In this document: positions 23,743-35,502 of the stretch, piece by piece
Numbering within the stretch: position 1 is the first letter of the stretch
Layout of the letters: each line of letters opens with the position of its first letter
Assembly: GCA_010093745.1 (NCBI GenBank)
Contig: MU005959.1
Span: forward strand, 238,270-302,269
DNA: 64,000 bases
Direction: 5' to 3'
Source of the DNA: Piedraia hortae CBS 480.64
Taxonomy: Eukaryota
Made by a program: the position numbers and the translations under genes
Notes under the pieces: model-generated
Told to the model about the DNA's origin: nothing
Seen by the model: only the letters and a program-made list of their open reading frames with translations
The model's database searches: none

Positions 23743-24604
23743 GGTGGGTTGGTTGGTGGGTTTTTGGAGAAGGGCGTGGGATGGGGACCCTGCATACGGC
23801 CAAGGGTGGGTCTCGGACGGGAGGTTTGAGGTTTGCTTTGTATACCTCTGTGATAGGTAGCTTACTGGTGTGAAGCGTGGCCGGCCGTGCTTGGATTTGA
23901 GCATGCAGACGTAGTCGTCATCGACGGGGTGCTAGTCGCCACCGAGCGTCGGGCGCTTGTAGAGAGTTCTCTTGGCTCCGCCAAATGCCGCAGCAATGTC
24001 AGGCTAGTAGCCGGCTCCACTTCATGGCAGAGAACAGGCAAACTCCTGAGCGATTTTGACTACTGATACACGACTTACTATGTTCTGGGAGTTCTCTATC
24101 GTCTAGGCTACTTTTTATGAGTTTTCATCGTTGCGTGTGCATTTAGTGTCCCGCTTGCTGGTAAGCTTCTTTGATTGGCCGAAGCGGGAGCTAGGCTCGA
24201 TCTGGAACGCGAGGACGAGGAATGGAAGCGAGGACAGAGAGGGCTTATGGACGAGGTACAATGCGACGCAATGCTGCCTATAAGGATTGTGGCACGAGTT
24301 GATTGCACGGAGGGATCTGGCCAAGGCTCATGTTGTACAGCGGATGGCTCGGTAGATGTTCAAGATTGACATGTGTCAATTTCGATCTGATCGGCGTCTT
24401 TCAGATGCAGATAACGTCATGTGGGGCACACTGGAATAATTCCGACCACCGTCATATTTGCAACCAACTTCTTCGTCATACAATCACTCATCGAAGTGGG
24501 TGTGGGGAGGTGTTGTGGTACTTTGTTAAGGTCAAGCGTTCATTCTTTACCGGACGCGTGCAGGTCAAGCTAGCTTGACTGTTACTTTCGTTCCAGTCCA
24601 CAAC

Positions 24605-25489
24605 ATGGCGGAAACTCACATTTTCGAGGCCAACAAGCTGTTCAGCGTCAAAGACTTTGTATGTCTTGTCACTGGTGGCGGAACAGGGATCGGTCTTATG
24701 GCCACCCAAGCCCTAGCCGCCAATGGGGCCAAAGTTTACATCACCGGGCGCCGCATGAATGTTCTGCAGAACGCCGCGAAAGCACATTCTGATGGAGCCA
24801 TCGGGCAGATTATCCCAATTGGGCCGTGTGATGTGACCAAGAAAGATGATCTGGAGAAGTTGTACCAGGAGCTGTCCAAGAAGGAAAAGTATCTCAGTCT
24901 GCTGATTTGCAATGCTGGCATGACGGGTCCCAGGGCCAAGCCTGATGAGGAAGACGCCTCTCGGATGAAGCAGAAGCTTTGGGAGAATGAAACTCTTGAG
25001 GGTTGGCAGCAAACGTTTGATTTAAACGTGACAAGCGTTTATTTCACCACCGTTGCCCTTTTGCCTCTGCTCCAGGCTAGCATTGAGCCCACTGGGCCGC
25101 TGCCGCGTTTTTCCCCCAGCGTCATTACGATCTCGTCGATGTCTGGTCTGATGCGTCACGCTCAGGGCCACTTTGCTTATAATACCTCCAAAGGTGCCAC
25201 CGTACACCTCACCAAGCTGATGAGTGCCGAGTTCCAAAAGACTGGCATCAGAATCAACTCCATCGCCCCAGGCTACTTTGCCTCGGAGATGACGACGAAA
25301 GCTTCTGATGACAGTCAAAAGAGTGAGCTTTCTGCTGAGAAGATTAAGGAAAAGGGCTATGTCCCCTTGATGAGGGGTGGAAAAGATGAGGAAATGGGAA
25401 TGGCTGTGCTGTTTCTGACCAAGAATCAGTACGTCAACGGTCAGATTCTTACCGTAGATGGAGGCGTGCTCAATGTTGTGGGGTCTTAA
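24605..25489 (+). CDS. Short-chain dehydrogenase/reductase
   Basis: TGGGTGIG, NAG, YNTSK, INSIAPG. Confidence 0.92.
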   Translation: MAETHIFEANKLFSVKDFVCLVTGGGTGIGLMATQALAANGAKVYITGRRMNVLQNAAKAHSDGAIGQIIPIGPCDVTKKDDLEKLYQELSKKEKYLSLLICNAGMTGPRAKPDEEDASRMKQKLWENETLEGWQQTFDLNVTSVYFTTVALLPLLQASIEPTGPLPRFSPSVITISSMSGLMRHAQGHFAYNTSKGATVHLTKLMSAEFQKTGIRINSIAPGYFASEMTTKASDDSQKSELSAEKIKEKGYVPLMRGGKDEEMGMAVLFLTKNQYVNGQILTVDGGVLNVVGS

Positions 25490-25527
25490 AGAAGAAAATG
25501 CCATAGATTACAAAGACCCATCAGCGC

Positions 25528-26652
25528 TTACGCCCATTTCACCCTAATCAACGGATGCGTATAGTGTGCAGCCCCAAGCACTAAATCTGCCTTTGTGTAC
25601 GAAAGGATCGTCTCGCCCTTAGGACTCATATCCGGATGAGCCTGCATGGTATAAGCTCCCCACCTCGCTGTTCCCTTCTCGCCCTGGTAGAACTGTGATG
25701 GCTCCGTCCACGGACCCTCCGGAGCGGGGGCAGTGGAGATGTAGAACCCCGGATCACCAGAAGCATAGACATTACCGCCAATCCAAGTATAAGCCTGGAA
25801 GTGATCGCTCCAAAAGAAAGTTCCCTGACCTCCCGTTCCCGCGTGGGGAATCGCTGCGGCCCCATCAAGATCGAAGATCGAAGGCGGTGTATCGCTCCAT
25901 CCCTCCGCATAATAGTAGCGATAGGCGGAGCGATCCTCGATTTGCGAAACTGGCACCTTTGCCAACGCCGTGCCCGCAGTTCCGTTTAATCGCCCGTACA
26001 GATATGCCGTGTCATTCACCACGATATGGCCATACTCGCCATACAGGATCGCTTCTTCGGCCCAGAAGTCCTGGTCCACAATGCTGACTTCCGGGAGAGT
26101 TTCATAGTCGTCTCCTTGGGGCGCATAATCCGCACGATAAAGCGCCCCGCCGGGGTTAAGTTGTAGGTTGTACAGAAGGAGGGTGACATGCGTCTTTGCG
26201 ATCCATGTGTACATCTTCACCGCCCCGCCATCAGAAACAACCAGAGGCCGCGAACTCGGCCAAAACGCGTAGCGCGTAAAGTCTTGACGTTCACCCGCCC
26301 TAGTCCCGCCATATCCGTCGGGCGGTGTAAAATATGCATCAGTAGTCGACTGGTTCCCGTATAGGTTCCATGCGAAATTCTGGATTATTGGTGACCCATC
26401 GGAATTGAAATCCGCCCACGACGAGCTGCTGCTGAGGAACGTGTACTTGCCCAAACTGTCGCGACAGGTCCACAACTGGCGGCCAAGGACAAACGCCGAC
26501 ATACAAGAGTCGCGATCCCAGAGCATCGAACTCGCAAACCCGAACACTGTGGGAACCCCGGAGACTTGTGGGGCTGCTACCGCTGATGCGGCCAGCAATA
26601 GAAGGAGGGCTGCCAGGGCCATGTGGAGAACCTGCACGCGGGCGAGGAGCAT
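25528..26652 (-). CDS. Secreted protein, probable beta-propeller/DUF4185-like
   Basis: Hydrophobic signal peptide; DRDSC..LWTCRDS, TAYLYG, APAPEGPWT. The domain name is from recollection. Confidence 0.7.
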   Translation of the reverse strand: MLLARVQVLHMALAALLLLLAASAVAAPQVSGVPTVFGFASSMLWDRDSCMSAFVLGRQLWTCRDSLGKYTFLSSSSSWADFNSDGSPIIQNFAWNLYGNQSTTDAYFTPPDGYGGTRAGERQDFTRYAFWPSSRPLVVSDGGAVKMYTWIAKTHVTLLLYNLQLNPGGALYRADYAPQGDDYETLPEVSIVDQDFWAEEAILYGEYGHIVVNDTAYLYGRLNGTAGTALAKVPVSQIEDRSAYRYYYAEGWSDTPPSIFDLDGAAAIPHAGTGGQGTFFWSDHFQAYTWIGGNVYASGDPGFYISTAPAPEGPWTEPSQFYQGEKGTARWGAYTMQAHPDMSPKGETILSYTKADLVLGAAHYTHPLIRVKWA

Positions 26653-27120
26653 ATGTAAGGCACAAAGCGTCCCATGCCCAATATATTACAGGTGGCGATG
26701 CGCCTACCGAGGTTTCAGGCTGTGCCAACTTAGCCTAGGCGGCGCTACGATAGGCGCGCATGGGATTGGGCAAAGCGCCGGACTTCGACACCCTTTTGCG
26801 CCGGACGCGTATTCAACTTTCTTTTCCAACCTGACGCGATCGCAGCCTTGCGCACATTTTCCTTGACGTCCACGTGCACGTGCACGCGGGGATTTCCCCA
26901 CGATTTCCCCACATGCCCGGGCCTTCCTCTGCTCGCACAGACCTGGCTACGCTGGCCAATCGCAGGTCCTTTGCCCTTCATCTACTAGATGTGTGTCGCA
27001 CACAAACCCCATAATGGAAAAAATTCGCAATCTATTAGGATATAACTTTCACTTTTTCCACAAACTGCAACCACAAATTTAACATGTCTATAACAGCAAT
27101 TTCATGCTTCATATGCAAAT

Positions 27121-27750
27121 TTGACCGGCGAATATCACGAGTCGATCAAGACATGTCGAGTAGACGGCAAGTCTCCCATGAATAGTGAAGTTCTCCCACA
27201 TAACGTGGCACGTCTCGAAGCAGATCTCTCCGCGTTAAATCAGGAGCACGAAAAGACCCTGTCTGTGAATAAGCAACTGGGGCGTCAAAAGGCAGACTTG
27301 ACCGTTCATGTCACTGATATCCAATCCCATATAGTAGAGACTTCAGAAGCTGTTAAGAAGAGCAACTGCTACAACTAGAAGAGTTGAGAGCTACCAGGGC
27401 AAGATTAGCGAAAAAAAGAAGCCGATGCGTGGTCGGCCGAACAGGTCCTACGGGAAGATCTACGCGCAAATGCTGCGCTTAAAAGAGACATAAACTCTCT
27501 GTAAATGCATCTTACGCTCGCAGAGGGCGAGTGTGAGGAAAACTTGGTAGCGCTTCACCAGGAGCAAGCCAAGACCGCGATGCTGCAGACCCTGCTGGAC
27601 GTCAAGGATAGGAAAATTGAAGATTTGTAGAAGCGACTAGCCGCAACCCAGAAGACGAACTTAAGGCCACGACAGCGACTCGAAACCCAACAAGGCCAAT
27701 GCCCTTGCCAGTTGAAGTACGGAGAATCTGATCGCAAAATCTAGTGACAT
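27121..27750 (+). pseudogene. Decayed coiled-coil gene (C, copy 1)
   Basis: Heptad-rich translation with internal TAA/TAG and a frameshift; similar to 32430-32600. Confidence 0.55.
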
Positions 27751-27896
27751 AGCATAAGCGATCATGCATGCTACAAAACACTATCATATCACCTCAACCC
27801 TCTATCGTTCTCCCTTATTCCATGCCTTGACGTGTGCACAAGATCTCACCTGCTGCAAATCAGTATACAACCGCTCCCATATCCATATGTAGTAAT

Positions 27897-28187
27897 TCAC
27901 CTCCTCAACAACAACCGAAGCGCCCAGTAATGGAGTGGCAGCGCAGCCCCCCACACAGCGATATTGAAATACCAGCACTTCCATTCTTCCTCTTTCTTAC
28001 GGCAGACCAATTCTTCCTCCAGATCCTTCGATTCGTCCTCAAACTCTGCAGTCTTCTGATCCACGTATTCCCACAGTTTGTATACGTCGCACGTTCGCTC
28101 GATCTACGAGCTCAGTGCTGCATCATCGCATGTGAGAATAGCGCGTAATTCCCATAAATTGTTGGGGGGCTCTGCGGTGAATGACAT
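27897..28187 (-). pseudogene. Orphan coiled-coil/hydrophobic-tail gene (A, copy 1) with one in-frame TAG at 28106-28104
   Basis: MSFTAEPPNNLWELRAILTCDDAALSS*..KDLEEEL..EWKCWYF..ALRLLL aligns with 32745-33071. Confidence 0.7.
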
Positions 28188-28449
28188 TGCTGCTGTTGTG
28201 TGTGGGGTGTTACGATACACGCAGGCAGTGGGACTTGTTTTTTTTGTTGTGATGGGAACCTCGTCGCATCCTGAAAGAAAAAAAAAAATCAACACTACGA
28301 ATAATGATGCCACCCATGTACAGTGACATCTCACGACGAACGTCAAATCTATGTACATCGGCATACCCTCCTCACACGAACAACATCACCTACCGCAAAG
28401 TATCCCTCATAAAACCTCTATAGCTCTACAACCACCTTATCCTTCATTT

Positions 28450-28928
28450 CCACCTACCCACAATCCAACCAATCCAACCTTCATTCACGCCCCAGTATTC
28501 AAAATCATCATGCGATCCCAGGACTTGATCTTCCAAGCCGTCGCCTCGAGCTTCGCGCGAGCTTCGTCTATCCTCGTCCTGAGCGAGCGAGTGTGGGCAA
28601 GGCCGTCTACCATCTGCAGACTCTCTTGGATCTGATTCTGTGGAGAAGCAGGAGCAGCTGTGGCCAGTTTTTTATAGGGTTAGAGTGGATTGGCGGTAAA
28701 TAGTCATTGGAGCTAGTCATCATTATAGGAAGATATGTCAGTCTCGTTTCCGCCGAGTTGATCTGAGAGTCACCCCTATACTACAGCTGTTGAAGTGGAG
28801 GGTGGCGTGGATGGTGGGGATTCCGTTGAGAGGAATGAAAATAGCCTGGGAAGGAGGGGGTGGGTTCTTTCGTGTGTATTCACAGGAATGGGGTCTTAAC
28901 CGCCGGCGGGGCAGGAGGGCATGCTCAT
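28450..28928 (-). pseudogene. Disrupted paralog of 33410-33802 (B, copy 1)
   Basis: NGIPTIHATLHFN..WPQLL and RAKLEATAWKIKSWDRMMIL fragments; stop, frameshifts and an insertion. Confidence 0.65.
28673..28780. mobile_element. MITE-like insertion
   Basis: TATAGGG..CCCTATA ends and an inner GGCGGTAAA/TTTCCGCC pair; lies in a ~122-nt segment absent from the intact paralog. Confidence 0.45.
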
Positions 28929-29313
28929 GTTTGTTGCGCTTGCAGCGACGTTAGGTCAGGAGATTGATATAATTTTGCTATTGCGAGGAGCGGCAGGTGG
29001 TTTTTTTGCGCGATGCGAAGGTGTTTGTCCTCCGCAAGAAATAAGATCAGGTTTTTGGTGGGGACTAGTCCTTCGGGGATGTGTCCCCGAAAACGAAAAG
29101 ACGGTGAATGTCGTGACGCTAGCACGGAGACTGCACAACTTTTTGCCCGGTTAACCCGAAAAGGTGTTACCTAAATGATAAGGATGCGAATAATGGAGAA
29201 TGAGAGGGCGACGCTGGTAGCCGCTGAGGTAAGAGTTCGAGGCAACAAAAACCTAGCCGGGTTTAGCATCAACGTTGGTGGACGATCGATATGATCTTAC
29301 CTCAGAGGACGAA

Positions 29314-30602
29314 TTAGTATAGATCCAGCGCCAGGCTAGACATACTATCACGCCACTCCAAGAAAGCCTCATTCGTCAATATATCAACTGGATCACCACC
29401 CTGTGAAACAAAGCTTTCAAGCTTGGGCGCAATTGTATCCAAGATCTGTACAATCCACTTTGGCATGTCCTTTTCCTCCAAGTCTATTAGCAGGATTTCA
29501 TGAAGCTGAAGAATCCGCAAACTTGGAAAGAGGCACTTCTTTTCGTCTTGCACGAGAGTAAAATCTAACGTGTCGGCAATTGAGAGATGCCACAACTCTT
29601 GGCAGCTACTTCCCAAATTCTTCAAGGTTGTGATGTCGATAGCAGGTGTGAAGTCCACGATGAGATTACCAAGCTTCGGCAGTCCTTTGAAAAGCTGCAG
29701 CCAATCTTTAGTGGGAACTGAGGATCCAACGGCAGATGAAGCGGCTGAGGTTTTGAGCCTTAGGTTACGCAGGTTGCTCAGATTTGCAATGGAAGCAAAT
29801 GCGTGACTGTTGATGAAATAGAAGCCATGACCTGAGCCATCATCGAAGCGCAAAGCCAGGGTCTTCACGGTTCTGAATGTTGCTAGGGCCTCGAAAAAGG
29901 TGTGTGATGGCTTCTCAACCGTCATCCATACACCTTTTATTGGGCTTCGTACTTTCGTAACCTCTGCTACCAAAAATGCTCATCTGAGTTGGCGATATAT
30001 CTAAGCAACTTGAGGCATGTCTCCGGGCAAACTGTCAAGGACCGAATACTCTTGCGTCGAATAAGTGGTATAACCATCTTTTTGGTGCACGTCATGTTCA
30101 TACTGGAGGATAATGTGACATATTCCAAATTGGCGAAATTGTCGGTGAGGTCGTACAATTGCTGCAGGCGGTCCTCGGGGTAAGATTTTACCTTTAGCTC
30201 AACAAAGGTATTGGGTACGCTCTGGTAGGCGCTGCTGTCAATGAGACTTGTTGATGGGTCTATTTCCAGCGTCTTTAGACGCGGCAGTGAACAATCTTTC
30301 ATTCGGTCGGCCCACCAATCATTGGGCACCAGCCGCAGAACCTGGACAAAATTTGCATGAGGCTGGCGAGTTTCTTCGGGTACAGCACCCAGCGTCTGAC
30401 TATGCATGACACCCAAAAAGATTTCTCTTCCTGGCCTGATCCAATCACGTCAGACTAGGCAGAGGCTCTTGAGCGATGCCCGGTCGCCCAATAACTGTTG
30501 CGCAATACTGAGCAAGATCTCGTCAGGCAAGTGCATTCTTCTCTGCCGCGTAGGTGGATCTCGTTGCCGAGGGGTATCCAAGTGTTCGTTACATGGGTGC
30601 AT
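29314..30602 (-). pseudogene. F-box/LRR-like pseudogene
   Basis: LPDEILLSIAQQL..SLKSLCLV*RDW F-box with TGA at 30452-30450; LRR-like repeats (LSNLRNLRL, FPSLRILQL); frameshift near 29970. Confidence 0.75.
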
Positions 30603-32349
30603 GCTTGCAGGACCTGACTGGAGTAAGTTTTAGTTTTAGTGTTTTGTGCGAAAGTGTGAGGAAAATCAAGGTGTAAGCTCTTGACAGCTAAGAGGCTAAG
30701 CTGACTCAGTGATCCTTAATGACAAGATGTCAAAAAGTCATGTACATATCTTTCTTGACCCAACAGTCTTCTTGACAGCTGTCAGCCCACCTGTAAGCAG
30801 ACCTGCACCTGTCACGTCGCAACTCCAGACATGGCCCATTTGAAAGAAATGCCAGATACCATTACACGAAACATGAAGAATAGGTCCGTGAAGGCTATGG
30901 ATGAGGAATGCTGGATAGAAAAATGGATGATGAGGAGAATTTCTCCCTTATCCTATATATCTGGGGCAGTCCCTATATAACAGAGAATGTCTGCCCGGCA
31001 AACATGCACACAAAGGGCTCAGCCAAACATTGCAAAACTGCTACAGAAAATCAACTCTCAGGTAATTGCCTGCAAGTTATACACACGAGGCATATGTTCT
31101 CATGGTAACGACAGGCTTTTTTTTCACATCGCAACAGCCCTTCTTTGAACTGACGGTAAATTGCGGTGCATAACATCTGAGATTGACCAGACCGAGAATA
31201 AGAAGATATCCACGAAACAGAACATAAGTCTCAGCACGCTGAACACGTATTCTTGACCTTTCTCACGCAGCAAAACACATACGCTGTAGTTAGGGATGTA
31301 AATTTGCATGCAAATTTGGACTTAAGGGTAAAAATATACGCAAATTCGCATATGGCTTTGAACACTAGCGCAAACTTAGATAATTTTAGGATGCCATCGA
31401 GCTCAACTGCAAGCTACAGTAGGATGTGCGAAGAAACCTCCACCGGTATTAAATATGTCCGCGAAGGCCCTATCTGTTGGCGTGAAGTCTCGTTGCTATG
31501 AGTGTACGATGCCAATACGCGACACCTCTTACACCAGCAGCTGCACCCTAGGTTTTGGCCTCACCGAGGTTTCCCTCAGGGTCATGTCGCATGCGACATG
31601 GTGAACGCGCCCTGCTACTGTTTGAGGTGAGTCATGGAGTAAGACTGCATGCTGACGGTCTTACTGCATGCATGACCACTTGCTTACGGTTATACGATTG
31701 ATGACTTTTCATACAAGGCTCCGCACGAGCCTTACGGCCCAGAATATATTCTCTGATGTCCCCTCGTAGATACACTTGTATTCACTTATACACACATCTC
31801 TACTCTCCATCCATTGTTCTCATTCGCACATATCATCTGTTTCACAATCTCTCGTTAATTATTGGACCACTAAGCCATCTTTTTGGTTAATCGTTTGCTC
31901 AGCCTGGAACTCTATGGTTATCTGAATGCTGGATGAAGTGTAGGGTGCAAAATTTAGGAGTGGCCAGCTCGAGATTCGTCGATGGTTCTGTGGACGAGAT
32001 ATCCTGCCGTCAAGATACCACCAGTCTCAAGGGAATAAATGTGGAAGTTTTTTGTTCATTTTACGTCTATTGTTGGGCCATAGCTCCTAGTGAGTTTATG
32101 CCCGTACCTTAATGAGCGTTGGAAGGCGCAGGGTTGCACCCTGCGCAAGCTGATACCCCCATGCGGGGCTAAACAGATGTGGAATCTGTGAAGATTTTTC
32201 TGTACCTCATTTGAATTTGTATGTGGCACGTGAAGGTTTTTTTTTTCGTGCTTCAATGGGATTTTCATGTAAGTTGTGAAAGTCTTCCTATACTTTAGCA
32301 AGAGTTACATAAATTGTCGCCCACACGGGGTATAGGTCCTCTTGCTTCG

Positions 32350-32640
32350 TGTAACCAACCAATGGACATAGCAATCAAGCAAAAGACCGAGTTACATGGC
32401 ATCTGCTGTTGCCTATCGCCATTGCTATGTCCCATGCACAAGATACCGAAGCTGCGCTGAGCGAGGAAAAGGGCACGACTGCGACAACGCAGGTTCAGCT
32501 GAATGCTAAAGATTGGGAAATCGAAATCTGAGAACGAGATTGGTCGCGGCTAAGAAACCAAGCCCGAAGTAACGACAGCACTTCGATATCTCAGCGAAAC
32601 TAAACCCGTTGGCGCAATCTAGAAGTCCATCTCGTCGTGC
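32350..32640 (+). pseudogene. Fragment of coiled-coil gene (C, copy 2)
   Basis: ALSEEKGTTATTQVQLNAKDWEIE..RLVAAKK matches ALHQEQAKTAMLQTLLDVKDRKIE..RLAATQK at ~27550. Confidence 0.5.
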
Positions 32641-32744
32641 ATGCACTGTAGCATCATCTTCTTAACCATTTCTCAGCCTCCCCTCTTCATACCTTGATGT
32701 TAGCCATAAAACACCGCACACTCTCGTCTGCAGCAAGTCAGTGC

Positions 32745-33071
32745 TCAGCATCTCCAGCCTCCCACCAAGTTTTTCCCCTCCAAAAACCACCGAAGCGCTG
32801 AGCACACAAGCGAAGTCCCAATATTACACGCTACCAGATATTTAGCGCGAAAATAGCCACGCTTCCACTGTTTCATACCCTCCCGGCGAGACAACTCCTC
32901 CTCTAAACCTTTCAACGTGGCCTCGAGCTCCTCATATCGCTGGATCGCGATTCGCTGCCTCTCTGCTGAGGCGGCGGTCTGGTTGCTGAGAGATTCCAGC
33001 GCGGGATCCTCGCACGTGAGGTGCAACCATATCTCGGGAAAATCATTGGCGGGATCTACGTTGGATGACAT
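32745..33071 (-). CDS. Orphan 108-aa coiled-coil protein with hydrophobic C-terminal segment (A, copy 2)
   Basis: Intact ORF from ATG 33071; paralog at 27897-28187 supports coding status. Confidence 0.6.
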   Translation of the reverse strand: MSSNVDPANDFPEIWLHLTCEDPALESLSNQTAASAERQRIAIQRYEELEATLKGLEEELSRREGMKQWKRGYFRAKYLVACNIGTSLVCSALRWFLEGKNLVGGWRC

Positions 33072-33409
33072 TGCTTTTGCTGTGCTTGTGTGTGTGTGTG
33101 TGTAGTGCCATGCAGGTAATGGGATATGCGTTTTAATTTTCGGTTGCGATGGAAACCTTGTCCCGTGACGCGTCATTATCGATGAACAACTCGACACCTA
33201 GCGTCGGTACATAGGACAAATCATCCAGGGAACCTATCACCTCTTGGAAAGATATTGTTCGCGCGAGGGACGTTATCGTAACATTATTATGCTCTATAAG
33301 CACTACGAAGATCAAGCCGACACACCGCAAAACATTATTCTCTGGTAGAAGCCGCCATGAAAGAGATGTACTGATGCTACCACAACCTACAGGCCTTCTT
33401 CTCCCCACA

Positions 33410-33802
33410 TCAGCCAAACCACCAACCCAACCAAAGCCCTACAAACACCCAGGTCAGATGTAGGACTATCATCCAATTCCAAAACTTGATATCGCAATTT
33501 GTTTTCTTGAGCTTCTCGCGTATGACGAGGATCGTCTCCATAATGATACTGCTGAGGAGATTATACCGTAGCGTCCGTATGTCGTCCATCAGCTGCTGCA
33601 GACGGAGAGTTGCGCCTAGCAGCTCCGGGTAGCGCAATTGGACAGTTGCGTGGATTGTAAGTACCCCGTTGGGCGGGGTGTTATCTTGCGCTCCGGAGCT
33701 AGCTTGTTCGGCGGGAGCAGAGTCGCCGCCTTGGAATGAATTGCGGTCACCTTCGACCGGGCGAGAGAATCCTCCCTTGACGTTGCGGAAGACCGTGCTC
33801 AT
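33410..33802 (-). CDS. Orphan 130-aa tail-anchored coiled-coil protein (B, copy 2)
   Basis: Intact ORF ending in a TM helix (WMIVLHLTWVFVGLWLGWWFG); paralog at 28450-28928. Confidence 0.6.
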   Translation of the reverse strand: MSTVFRNVKGGFSRPVEGDRNSFQGGDSAPAEQASSGAQDNTPPNGVLTIHATVQLRYPELLGATLRLQQLMDDIRTLRYNLLSSIIMETILVIREKLKKTNCDIKFWNWMIVLHLTWVFVGLWLGWWFG

Positions 33803-35084
33803 TTTCGTGATGCCGAGTTTGGTCTTTTGCAGGTCAATCGATGTGTGGTCGTCGAAGCGAGTGTCCAGAAGGGAACGGAGCTTTGTGCGGTGGCAGGTGT
33901 TTGTTGTGCACAGGAAGAGACAGGACCTGGTATTGTGGGGCGAAAACTCGAAATGCGTTCCCAAAACGGAAAGGCGGCGAGTACCAAGACGCTAACGCGT
34001 GTATAATAACTCACGCTGCCCAGTCATCCAAAAAAGCCCGTTCTCACGAGGTCGATATGTTTGAGAACGGAGTTGACTACCACTGAGGCCAAATTTCCAG
34101 TAACAGTTAATCGGCGGGTTAGGACCGAGATTTAGCAATCGTGTTCTAATTTCCGAAGTCGATGATCTTAGCCCCTGAAAGTTTCGTTTCTGCAACATTG
34201 GCTCCTGTGTCCTATATCTACAATCGCCTATAAGGCATCCACGCTCTTGAGCCCTATGCAGGGGTTGAGACGCACATCCTTCCCTTGAAATAGTCGTTTC
34301 ATTGGAAAGCTTATCCAGAGTTCCTTGTTGCACAGCCATCAAACTCCACAGAGAGCTCGAGGGGTAAAAGGGGGAAGGTGTGGCGGTAAGAAGATCAAAT
34401 CTCTACCCATAATCTCCCTGGTGGGAGGATTCCATCTATATTTAGGCCGGCCTTTGTCTAAAGCCAGACCAAACATCGCCAGAAAAATCAAAGCCATCAC
34501 AATGCAATAACAAAGCATCTGGGTATGCCATGCATGCCAAGCATGCATGTATTTTAGGCGTTACAAGAGTAGTCAGGTAACATACTTACCCTGATGAAGT
34601 CTTTTCGGCCACTTAAATAAAACCCCAACAAGTCCTCTCTATGAGCAGTCCACGAGAATCGACCTTTTGATCAATCACCCTGCTTGAGAGCCCGCTCATA
34701 GACGAAAAGCATTTTAATATTACCAACATGATACGCATTCTGGTCCTACTAAGCATGGTACGCGTCTTAATGTCACCAGTGGGATAGGCCCCAGGGCCTG
34801 TATGAGATTTCCGCGAAAGTCTGAAAAGTAGCGAGACACGAAGTGAGAGAATGCAACAAAGAAAGAAGTCAAGACAGTAATCTCACCTCTTTAAATGACG
34901 CCGATATGTATGGCTAACGGGTCTTCGACAGTAAAGCGCTTCGAATCGATATATATTCATTAAGCCGAGAAAGTTGCACTACAGTGCAGGCAACAAAGTT
35001 GCTATAAACTTCATCCTCAGCTGCTCTGCTACCTTACACATAGTCTTCCACGGCCATTGCAAACTGTGTACAACGGCAAAAAGC

Positions 35085-35502
35085 CTACGTCCTCCTGACA
35101 TACCACGCCAGGAGCACACCCGCAAAAACCAAGCAAATACCCTGGATAAAGAGGATAGTGGCCACAGAGATTGACTTGCGGTGGTTTTCTTCGACCTCAT
35201 TCTCCAAAAGACAGGTCTCCTCTTTAATTCGTTGGACCTTATGCTGTAGTTCTCCGTTATTGTACCTCCGTCCAGGTGGGATGTCACATGAACTTGGACT
35301 GCGAGGGACCTCTCTTCTCCAGGTAGGTTGGGCCGGATGGAATTCTCTTGTACACGGCTGGAGCATTCGTCCTGAGAGGGGCGGGAAGCTCCACTAAGGA
35401 GGGCTGGGAGGCTGTGCTTGCGGTCGCGAATGTGTAATTATGCATCATCCCGATTTCATTGCCGCTGGGGTGGACGTTGTCGGGACGGTGAGTATAGCTC
35501 AT
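35085..35502 (-). pseudogene. Tail-anchored coiled-coil gene, apparently frameshifted
   Basis: The ATG 35502 frame stops at 35284; a second frame encodes ELQHKVQRIKEETCLLENEVEE followed by a TM helix and RRT. Confidence 0.45.

Noticed and set aside
30450..30452. TGA at an F-box position that is often Cys/Ser, as a selenocysteine candidate
   Set aside because: Dikarya lack the Sec machinery and the gene also has a frameshift; pseudogene is simpler.
31300..31317. 18-bp palindrome AAATTTGCATGCAAATTT
   Set aside because: Isolated, AT-rich and with no associated feature.
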